A stretch of DNA of 64,000 nucleotides from assembly GCA_951406725.2 (NCBI GenBank), contig OX597827.1, positions 37,076,001-37,140,000 of the forward strand, read 5' to 3'. The notes below the pieces were generated by a model. The model was not told the origin of the DNA and made no database searches. It saw only the letters and a list, made by a program, of their open reading frames with translations. Source of the stretch: Octopus vulgaris (lineage: Eukaryota). Both the position numbers and the translations under genes were made by a program. Positions 41,500 to 51,003 of the stretch are shown here, piece by piece (position 1 is the first letter of the stretch; every line of letters starts with the position of its first letter).

Positions 41500-43960
41500 A
41501 GGACTGCTTCATCGACCTGGGCTGCTGACCATCCCAGTTGATGCCAGCTCCTGGCCAGTTCCAAGCAGTCGATTTTTTCGTGGGTGCCTACCAGCACGCT
41601 GTGGACTGGTTTAACTTTTCCAAGCATCCCTGTCTTCTGAATATCTCCCCAGCCAAACTCTCGGCCCTTCAATGTCTCTGACATCACACTGACATCAACC
41701 AGCCAACAAGGGTGGAGCCATGATGGTGTGGCACATGGACCTCTACAGGGCAGAAGCTCTCCGCCAACTTCAAAACACCTCCTTTTACTGCTCTCTGCTC
41801 TCTGACCCCACGCCCAGCTACCAACAGACTTTTTTCCTTCACTATCTATGACTTCATCTCCTCCTCCCGTCTCCCCCACTGCCTCCAACCTCATTGTCCA
41901 CACCGCTCACACCCCCACAATTTACTTCCTCCCCAGAATCTACAAACCTAACAACCCTGACTGCCCCATCGTCTCTGCCTGCAACTGCCCCACTGAACTC
42001 ATCTCCAGATATCTTGACCATGTCCTTGCCCCCTAGTGAACCTGTTCATTGGTTATGTTGAAACCCAAATATTCTCAAGTTTCACTGGTCCCATTCCCAA
42101 ACTATACGGCCGTTATATTGACGACTGTATCAGTACGACCTCACTCTCCCGTGAACCTCTAGACTCCTTCCTCTCTTTTATCAAATCTTTCCATCCTGCC
42201 CTCCACTTCTGCACTGTCTCTGTCTCCTTTCTTGACATTTCAGTCAGCATTCATCACTCCACTTTCACCACCTCCATCCACTACAAACACACAGACTCAC
42301 ACTCATACCCCAACTTCTACTCCTCCCACCCTAAACACACCAAGCTTTCCATCCCCTATTTCCAATTCCTCCATCTACACAGGCTCGACAGTGACAACCA
42401 TGACTTTTAGACTCAGTCTCAACTCATGGCTTGCCACTTCATCCTACATGGATATCCCCTCACCACTATCCACACTGCCCTTGCCAGTGCACGTTCTGTG
42501 GACCATGCATCTGCTCTCTACCCCCGCACCCACCCCACCATCTCCCATTTCCCCTCACCTACTACCGCATTACCCTACCTCTCCAATGCACCATTCTCCA
42601 GTTTGACCCCTCCACTTTGCACATCTTCCCTAATTGACCCTCCCCTCCTTCAAATAAGCCCACAACCTACGAAACCTCTTGGTCCACAGCTTCTTCCCTA
42701 ACCGACTTTGTTTTCGTGCTCCTACTCATGCTGCCACACTTGCCCTTACCTCATCGACACCACCCTCCTCACTGGCAACCATCATTGACCTATCATATCA
42801 CCGACTCCTTCACCTGCACTCCTGCCAATGTCATCTACTGCATCTCCTGCTCTCTCTGCCCTTATCTATACATCGGGCAAACGGGACGCTGCTTGGCTAA
42901 CTGGTTTACAGAACACCTCCAAGACATCCGACTTGGCAATTAAACCCCAGTCTCGCACCATTTCCGCTTTACCGGTCACTCTTTGCAACACCTGTCTGTT
43001 TGGATTGTACTTGCACAGGGGCCCTCCAGACTGCCGTTTGCACTGTGAACAGGGATTAATCTTCTCTCTTGACTCCTTTGCACCACATGAGTCCAACTCT
43101 CCTCCCCTCTTCATCTAACCCTCCTCTCCTCTCTCCCTCTCACACCTACTTCTTCCCTCCCTCCCACCCACCTCTCCTCTCTTGCTCCGACTCCTACTTC
43201 TCTTCACTCCTACTCTCTTTCTCTCTTCTCTTCACTCCTACCCACCTTCTCCCTTTCCCTCTCCCTTCATCGTCACCCTTCCCTCGTACACCCACCCCTG
43301 TACAATCCAACCTCACATTCCCTATCCATCCCATACAACTCCACCCCATCCCTTACACCCACTCCCACACACTCCACCTCTACCACCACCCTCAACCTAC
43401 CCACATACCCCACCTCTACCCCCACCCTCAGCCTAACCCACACCTTCCCCTTGCTTTCCCCACTCTCACCTGCCCCACATCCCAACAGCATCACACCACA
43501 TCACGCACTACTACACCATATACCACCATACCACACAACACCACATCACATCACACCACCATGCACACACAAGCACTGACCACTTCCCAGCCCACACTAT
43601 CATCCAAACACCTACATATACACGCACATGTCAAGGTTATCAGCCCTCTTCCACATGCACATACATGCTTTCTTATACACACGCACGCACACCTTCGTTT
43701 TGGGATCACCACTACTTAATTATCTCCCCCTCTTTCTAGCTCTCCTGCGTGACCCCTCTGTCCAACATTCGCCATGATAGATCACTAGCCACCATACATT
43801 CTTCATTCCCTCTCCTTGTTTCTTTCTGTGTTCGTATCTGTGGAAGAGTGTAGGCTCAAAACATTAAAGACTTTTTCACTTCCCAAACGTTAAACTAATA
43901 CATCTGTTTGTTGTCTACACACCTGTCTTCGTCTTTTGTATTTTTTCTTTGAATTCTCCT
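41500..43960 (+). mobile_element. Decayed Penelope-like retroelement (RT plus GIY-YIG), Neptune-like
   Basis: YFLPRIYKPNNPDCPIVSAC, YGRYIDDC, VSFLDISV, HYKHTDSHSY...SSHPKHTK and NVIYCISCSLCPYLYIGQTGR. Frameshifted and internally deleted. Degenerate hammerhead-like motif at ~43838-43870 in the 3' tail. Confidence 0.88.
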
Positions 43961-43975
43961 TATACACACACACAC

Positions 43976-44030
<55 letters not shown>

Positions 44031-44068
44031 CATACATGCATATATATATGCATGTATGTTGCTTCGAT

Positions 44069-44099
<31 letters not shown>

Positions 44100-44641
44100 T
44101 TTCCGTCCCCCTCCCTAATTCCCTTATAAAAGCCAGCGAGCGATCGTATCCTATTCACTCGCTACACCTTCAGAGAAAACACAGACTTCCAAAAATGGCC
44201 AGCTAAGTCAATCTCATCCTGCTCTTTTCATATTTTTAAGCGTTTTGTTTGGATAGCTTGATCTGTTCTCCCTTCGTTCCTCTATTCTCTAAACATGGCG
44301 ACTTCAGGCATTGCATTTTTAAAGTTTATTTTCCTTCAGTGCCATTCTTCGATGTTTATCCCATTCTCCTCCGAAAATATGCCCCCTCGTCTCTCACCGT
44401 ATTTTTTTTTTTTTTTTTCATTATTTATCTATTTTCATTCTCTACCGTATTTTTTTCATTATTTATCTATTTTCATTCTCTACCGTATTTTTTTCATTAT
44501 TTATCTATTTTCATTCTCTCTCTGGCTTTCATTCAGTCATTTATCTAATTAATTATTTTTCCCTCTCAAATATAGTATTCAAACTAGTTGCTTCGATTCT
44601 CTCTCTCTCTCTCGTGTTTCCGTCCCCCTCCCTAATTCCCT

Positions 44642-44677
44642 TATAAAAGCCAGCGAGCGATCGTATCCTATTCACTC
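44642..44677 (+). promoter_or_regulatory. Putative Pol II core promoter in the monomer (TATA box plus initiator)
   Basis: TATAAAAG at 44642-44649 and Inr-like TCACTC with its A at 44674 (32 nt downstream). The motifs recur in every monomer, followed by YY1-like AAAATGGCC and AACATGGCG. Function is inferred from motif spacing only. Confidence 0.55.
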
Positions 44678-44879
44678 GCTACACCTCTTTTTCTCGAGTT
44701 ACTTTCATCTGCGTTGTGAGAAATTTGCTGCCTCCATTTAAGAGAGTTCGAATTTGTGATATTATTGTTTGTGATAACTGTTTTGAACAGTGCCCGTTGT
44801 AAAACGGTAATTTTCGCCCTACGGGGCAGAAAATTTGTACTACCTGCATTTTTGTTACCTTGGAGGTAATTTTTTTGAA

Positions 44880-46303
44880 ATGGAGTTCGACTTGACGTCG
44901 AAGGAAGATTTCCCCGTGATGGGAAAAAGTGAAAATAAGGATAAACAAGTACCCAAACAGTCATTCTCGGCCGCGGTGGGCGGCGCCATGTTGGATGTCG
45001 AATTTAAAATCGAACAGCTATACGAATTCAGGAACCTAGTAAAAGTGGAAGGAGGCGAAATAAGGCTTGTACCGCCACAGGCAAAAGTACAAGAGATAAA
45101 AGAAAGAATTGTGATCTACAAAGTATACAGCTTTAAAGAAAAAAAGATAATGGATGTGAAAAATGAAATTGTCGAGAAGTGCCTGTCCCCGGTGTGGGAC
45201 AAAATTCGTCATGTCGTTAGAGGTGCACGCAGTGCTACGGTCGAGGCGCACTTTGACACGGCAGAGGTGGCGAAAGAGGTGTCGTCGTTGACCCTAAAAA
45301 ACGACGACATCATGCTGCTACCCTCGTATATGGGGAAGCGAACTGCGAAGTTACTGGTAGAAGACATACCCAGAGGGTACGACATCATGTGGGTAGCAGC
45401 GGCAGTCCTACACAACATTGAACGTGAAATATCAATACTGCAAATGAGAAGGAAAGAGGTGGTACGGTGGAAGGGCCAGACCCTGGAGCTCCTCGTGCAG
45501 GCGGAGAACAAAATCCTAGAAAACCTGCCCGACAGAATATTTAATGAGGACGGTACGTCCATGAGAGTGTCGGTAGAGGGACGTAGACCCAGATGCTTCA
45601 AGTGTGGAGAGAAGGGTCACGTCCGATCCAATTGTATTAAAAAGAAAAATAGAAGAAGCGCCTCCTCAAAGTGTCCCTATCACTGAAGGGGAGGAAACAG
45701 GAAAAAACAACAAAAAGACAAAGACAAGTACGGAAACAAAAGCAGACCATACAGAACTAATGGACTACACACAAGTCACTCATAAAAGAAAAAAAGAGAA
45801 TACCCAGGACTCCCCTCCCCAAACAAGGAAAAAAACAGCAAACACAGCAGACACACACATCAAGCAAATCCCCCAACCCTACCCCCATGGCACTGTTTTC
45901 ATTGGAAAACAGTTTGCCAAGCCCCTCCCCATAAAACAAGACATAAAAAAGTGCCTACAGAAGAACGAAAGGATAATAGCTTTCGATGAGAAAAATGAGA
46001 AAGTTTACAAGTGTTGCAAACTTTCGAGATTTATATTGTATAGTAGAACCTCAGATGGGAAAGCAACCGCTCGCTTCGCCAAGGTAGGGGAGAACGAGTG
46101 GAAAGGAGGAGGTTCTTCAGGAACATCTGAGGAACCGGCTAATAAGAGATGTGACCAAGGAGGTAATGGAGGGCAAACTGATAATAACCCCGGCAACCAC
46201 ACCCACCCAGAGCCCAGTGACAACGCCGGTCAAGAGCCCTGCAGCAGCGGAAGAAGGGGAAGCAGGCAGACTTAAACTGTCATGCTCCCTTTCACAACCG
46301 TGA
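44880..46303 (+). CDS. Tx1 ORF1 (gag-like, CCHC zinc knuckle), apparently frameshifted
   Basis: ATG at 44880 (MEFDLTSKEDFP) and knuckle CFKCGEKGHVRSNC. The reading frame shifts in an A-run at ~45640-45648 and probably again at ~46103. Confidence 0.75.
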
Positions 46304-46331
46304 GTACTTTTATGTTTCTCTCTCACCCACA

Positions 46332-49300
46332 ATGGCTAAGCTGGGTTGTATAAATGTACGTGGAATGGGGTCGAAACGGAAACAAATTTGTTTCCTGAAC
46401 GACCTCACAACACACGGTGTAGATATTGCTATTGCAACCGAGTCCAAGATGAGCGAGATCCAAGCGTTCTCGCCTCTTCTAAATGGTTTCGAGAAATTTA
46501 TTTCTCCTAGCCGAGGAGGAGGCAGAGGCGTGGCAGTCTTCATCAGGAAGAGCTTGGACTTGCAGGTAAGTACTGTCTTTCTGGACCCAGAAGGCAGGCT
46601 GGTTGTCCTGGATGTGACTCACGTAAGTAAACAGTCCTTCAGGTTGGTAGCTGTCTACGCCCCGAACGAGGGTAGACAGACGGGTTTTTTTCGGAACCTG
46701 GAGCCTTTTTTAGCGACGTCGAAAACAGTAATCCTAGTAGGGGACTTTAACACTGTCCTTGAAGCGCAGATCGACAATGTTGGCTCAACCAATAGGAAGG
46801 GGAACCCTAGCCTCAAGGGTCTACTAGAGAGCTTTGATCTAGTGGACCGTTACCGACTGGATGAGCCGAGCGTTCCACAGTGGACGTGGAGTAACAACGA
46901 CGGCTCACACAGATCGTATCTAGATAGGATATTTATTAAGAAAAGAGATAAGGATACGTTTAGTTGTCCACAATTTCATATTGTACCTTACTCGGATCAC
47001 AAATTTGTGACGTGTGAGGTGCAATTAGACAAGTGTCATAGACAGGGACCCGGGTACTGGAAGCTGAACAAGGCTATTTTGAATTGTGAAGACTTCCGTA
47101 CCCGGATTAAGGTGTTAGTTCAGAGGGCATTGTGTGGCACCATCATTAACAATAGATGGTGGCACGCCCTCAAAAGAGCCATTCGTTTAGAGTCCGTTAG
47201 ATTTAGCAATCAGCTAAGGATAGATAAGGCTAGTCTAGAGGGCGATTTAGTTAAGAATCTAGACGAGGCAATGGAAGCTGGCTCCGCATCCGGAGTGTTG
47301 GCGGCAAGGACGGTATTGTACCGTCACCTTAACTCCAAACACGAAGGTTGCAGAGTCAGAGCTAAGCTGCGCGCTGGGAAACGAGAAGGTATTAACGTGG
47401 CCGGATGGGCCCGTCGTGTGGAGAGTCAGAGAGGCAACAGAGCCTCAATCAAATCTTTGACTGACGAACAGGGACAAAAGATCTATGGACAGGAGGAGAT
47501 GCAAAAGTTTCTTCACCAGCATTTCGCTCGCGTGTTCGGGGGTGGTGGTTCGCTGGATCGGGGGAGGGCCTTAAAGGACTTCCTAGCCGGCGGACCGCGG
47601 CTCGCGGGGCGTGAGGTGGAGTGCTGTGAAGGAGCGATCACTCCCGCGGAGATAAAGGAGATACTGGCCGGATGCGCCGGGGAGAAGTCGCCGGGGTTGG
47701 ATGGTCTGCCCTACGAGTTTTACCAAAGTATGCCGGACTTGTTCGGGGGAATACTGGCAGGCGTCTACACGAACTGGCAGCAGAACGGGAGAATTCCCAG
47801 TTCTGTAAGCCGGGGAGTGGTGACGCTAATCCAGAAAGACCCGAGCAAGGGGGATAATATTAGTAACTACAGGCCCATAACTCTACTTAATGTAGAGTTA
47901 AAGATTTTGGCCAAGGTGTTAGCAAAAAGGTTGACGGTTGTCGTGGAGAAACTTGTAGGGAGAGCACAGACATGTGCAATTCCAGGCAGGTCGATCCAGG
48001 ACAATCTTCACCTTATACGCTACACCTTAGATAGGGTGGGTAAATTAGCCGGCAAAGGCGGGGTAATGGTCCATTTAGACCAAAGTAAAGCCTTCGATAG
48101 GGTAGACCATGGGTACCTGGCGACGGTCCTCGAAGCGGCTGGGCTGGGCCCTGAATTTCGCGGGTGGATCTCCGCTATGTATAGCGGCATCAAGTCCACC
48201 GTCCAGATAAACGGTTACCTAACGGAACCGTTTTCGATCGAGTGTTCAGTGCGTCAGGGGTGCCCCTTGTCACCACTTTTGTACGTATTGGCTCTTGAGC
48301 CATTGCTGCGAAGGTTGGAGAGGCTGGGGAGTAACTCGGATGAAATCGGAGGTGGGAGGACGGTTACTGCTTACGCGGATGACGTCACCCTCATCGTGTC
48401 CAAAGAGGCCCAACTACCTTGTGTAGAGGAGGCTATCAGAGGATACGAGGCGGTGGCAGGAGCAAAGGTTAACAAGGACAAATCGGTTGGCTTGCGCCTC
48501 GGCACCTGGAGGAGCAAGTCGATATCGTCCAGTGTCGTGGGACACTGGACGGATGGCCCTGTTAAGTTGCTGGGAGTTTGGTTTGGGCCAGACTCCCAAA
48601 CGGAGAAGAACTGGAGTGAGGTGACAAGCAAGGTGGAAGCCATAGTACGGACCTGGTCCGGAAGGTTTCTGTCCTTGAAAGGAAAGGCGGAGGTGGTGCA
48701 GATGTTCATTGCATCTGTAATCACCTACCGCCTGACCGTTGTCCCTTGCCCCGATTCATGGCTTAACAAGTTGGAACGAATCCTTTTCCGCTTTTTGTGG
48801 AAAGGAGGAAAGCCACTTGTGAGGCGCTCCGTTTGCTGCCAAGAACCGTTAAAGGGTGGGTTAGGGATGCCTTGGTTGATGATGCGCAGACATGCGTTGA
48901 GGCTAAGGCATCTCTGGCACCACCTGGAGGGTGATAAGGTATGGAGTCCGCTGGCAGGGGGATTTTTCCCGAGACCGGCCTCCTTAGTAAATTTTAAACC
49001 CGGTTACATCAAAAGATGGAAACTGACTCCATGGCAAAAGGAGTGCCGACAGGCACTCACGCTGATCCACAAGGCGGGCAAGGCCGGCTGCGGAAATACC
49101 ACCTCGGTATTTTATAGAGGGCTGGTAGAGGCAAAAAACGACGACGTCCTAGGAGGGGCTCTGGGGTTTGATGAAGACCAGCTTGCCAACCTGTTTAAAA
49201 AAACTTTCAGGTCGGGGTATTTGGATAATTTCCAAAGATCCCTGGCCTGGCAGTGTTATAGGAATGCTTTACCTGTTCGCGAGAAGTTATCGCGGCACGG

Positions 49301-49721
49301 AGTTCCAGTGCCACCGACGTGTCCAAGGTGCGAGTTGGACGATGAAACCGTCCAGCACGCTTTTGTTCACTGTCGGAAGTTGTCCGACTTGATAAGTTAC
49401 GCAGAACACGTGTTAACGCATCTGGGACGAGTACAGCTGTCGGCTGAGTCTATGATTAAGATGATACCGCCAACTGGACTCTCGAAGGAAGGTGAGGCAT
49501 GTTTTCACTGCACGGTTGCAGTAGTAAAAGAATGCATGTGGAGAACGAGAATGGAAGGAGCCGCGACAGGATCCTTTGTCTCCGGCCCCGGCTTGCTCAC
49601 TTACTTCAGATATCATCTGAAGAGCAAAATGGGGCTGGAAAAGAGGATCTTACCACGGCGTGTGTATGAGAAAAGATGGAAGGAAGTGGAAAGAAAGGTG
49701 GGTGTCAGAAACCCAGCTTGA
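46332..49721 (+). CDS. Tx1 ORF2: AP-endonuclease, reverse transcriptase and C-terminal CCHC, 1129 aa, intact
   Basis: CINVRG, VYAPN, GDFN, YLDRIF, SDH (APE); KSPGLDG, NYRPITLLN, DQSKAFDRV, QGCPLSP, YADD (RT); CPRC...HAFVHC. Confidence 0.96.
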   Translation: MAKLGCINVRGMGSKRKQICFLNDLTTHGVDIAIATESKMSEIQAFSPLLNGFEKFISPSRGGGRGVAVFIRKSLDLQVSTVFLDPEGRLVVLDVTHVSKQSFRLVAVYAPNEGRQTGFFRNLEPFLATSKTVILVGDFNTVLEAQIDNVGSTNRKGNPSLKGLLESFDLVDRYRLDEPSVPQWTWSNNDGSHRSYLDRIFIKKRDKDTFSCPQFHIVPYSDHKFVTCEVQLDKCHRQGPGYWKLNKAILNCEDFRTRIKVLVQRALCGTIINNRWWHALKRAIRLESVRFSNQLRIDKASLEGDLVKNLDEAMEAGSASGVLAARTVLYRHLNSKHEGCRVRAKLRAGKREGINVAGWARRVESQRGNRASIKSLTDEQGQKIYGQEEMQKFLHQHFARVFGGGGSLDRGRALKDFLAGGPRLAGREVECCEGAITPAEIKEILAGCAGEKSPGLDGLPYEFYQSMPDLFGGILAGVYTNWQQNGRIPSSVSRGVVTLIQKDPSKGDNISNYRPITLLNVELKILAKVLAKRLTVVVEKLVGRAQTCAIPGRSIQDNLHLIRYTLDRVGKLAGKGGVMVHLDQSKAFDRVDHGYLATVLEAAGLGPEFRGWISAMYSGIKSTVQINGYLTEPFSIECSVRQGCPLSPLLYVLALEPLLRRLERLGSNSDEIGGGRTVTAYADDVTLIVSKEAQLPCVEEAIRGYEAVAGAKVNKDKSVGLRLGTWRSKSISSSVVGHWTDGPVKLLGVWFGPDSQTEKNWSEVTSKVEAIVRTWSGRFLSLKGKAEVVQMFIASVITYRLTVVPCPDSWLNKLERILFRFLWKGGKPLVRRSVCCQEPLKGGLGMPWLMMRRHALRLRHLWHHLEGDKVWSPLAGGFFPRPASLVNFKPGYIKRWKLTPWQKECRQALTLIHKAGKAGCGNTTSVFYRGLVEAKNDDVLGGALGFDEDQLANLFKKTFRSGYLDNFQRSLAWQCYRNALPVREKLSRHGVPVPPTCPRCELDDETVQHAFVHCRKLSDLISYAEHVLTHLGRVQLSAESMIKMIPPTGLSKEGEACFHCTVAVVKECMWRTRMEGAATGSFVSGPGLLTYFRYHLKSKMGLEKRILPRRVYEKRWKEVERKVGVRNPA

Positions 49722-50386
49722 CCATGGAGGAGAGAGAGGAAGTGGAAGCTGCAGGGCTTCATAAATTGCCGGGGTGTAGAGGCTCCAGTGAAGATCATAA
49801 GTTATGTACTGTGGTTTGTCCTACTAGGTCATATAACATTTATTTTCATTTTTATAAACGAATAATTCAAATGTAAACGAAAATTTTTAAAACGAATCTC
49901 TTAAATGTTTTTTTTGTATGTATGTCCTGTATCTGTCCTTCTATGTGTGATTATATAATCATAATAAAGAAATATCACTCGCTACACCTTCAGAGAAAAC
50001 ACAGACTTCCAAAAATGGCCAGCTAAGTCAATCTCATCCTGCTCTTTTCATATTTTTAAGCGTTTTGTTTGGATAGCTTGATCTGTTCTCCCTTCGTTCC
50101 TCTATTCTCTAAACATGGCGACTTCAGGCATTGCATTTTTAAAGTTTATTTTCCTTCAGTGCCATTCTTCGATGTTTATCCCATTCTCCTCCGAAAATAT
50201 GCCCCCTCGTCTCTCACCGTATTTTTTTTTTTTTTTTTTTTTTTTCATTATTTATCTATTTTCATTCTCTACCGTATTTTTTTCATTATTTATCTATTTT
50301 CATTCTCTCTCTGGCTTTCATTCAGTCATTTATCTAATTAATTATTTTTCCCTCTCAAATATAGTATTCAAACTAGTTGCTTCGAT

Positions 50387-50417
<31 letters not shown>

Positions 50418-51003
50418 TTTCCGTCCCCCTCCCTAATTCCCTTATAAAAGCCAGCGAGCGATCGTATCCTATTCACTCGCTACACCTTCAGAGAAAACAC
50501 AGACTTCCAAAAATGGCCAGCTAAGTCAATCTCATCCTGCTCTTTTCATATTTTTAAGCGTTTTGTTTGGATAGCTTGATCTGTTCTCCCTTCGTTCCTC
50601 TATTCTCTAAACATGGCGACTTCAGGCATTGCATTTTTAAAGTTTATTTTCCTTCAGTGCCATTCTTCGATGTTTATCCCATTCTCCTCCGAAAATATGC
50701 CCCCTCGTCTCTCACCGTATTTTTTTTTTTTTTTTTTTTTTTTTTTCATTATTTATCTATTTTCATTCTCTCTCTGGCTTTCATTCAGTCATTTATCTAA
50801 TTAATTATTTTTCCCTCTCAAATATAGTATTCAAACTAGTTGCTTCGATTTTGTCGCCCACCCTCCCACCCCCACCAATACCGGAAGTTTCTACCCAAAT
50901 ACCGGAAACTACCCCCTCCCCCACTAGCACCTATGTAGGGCTTATGTGAACATATAGCGCAAAAATTGTGAAAAGTATGCAGGTTGTAGTCTAGAGTTTC
51001 CAT

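Larger units (their letters stand above)
44687..49974 (+). mobile_element. Full-length Tx1-group (L1 clade) non-LTR retrotransposon, 5288 bp
   Basis: Perfect 15-bp TSD TCACTCGCTACACCT at 44672-44686 and 49975-49989. Zinc-knuckle ORF1 plus intact APE-RT-CCHC ORF2. Ends TAATAAAGAAATA. Confidence 0.93.
44058..50850 (+). repeat. Three tandem ~460-530-bp monomers (44058-44586; 44587-44686 plus 49975-50375; 50376-50838) and a terminal 12-bp repeat
   Basis: Each monomer starts GTTGCTTCGATT(CT)n. They are essentially identical apart from (CT)n and poly-T length and the copy number of a 38-bp subrepeat. The second is split by the Tx1 LINE. Confidence 0.95.

Noticed and set aside
43069-43719. 216-aa Pro/His/Thr-rich ORF
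   Set aside because: Low-complexity C-rich tail of the Penelope-like element, with no domain motifs.
44155-44260. Monomer as a spliced-leader RNA, snRNA or histone gene repeat (classic Tx1 targets)
   Set aside because: No recognisable snRNA, tRNA or 5S sequence. The ATG opens only ATG GCC AGC TAA, there is no canonical GT donor and no convincing Sm site.
44249-50804. Repeated ORFs MDSLICSPF... and MATSGIAF... in each monomer
   Set aside because: They run through length-variable poly-T that changes their frames between copies, so they are not conserved coding sequence.
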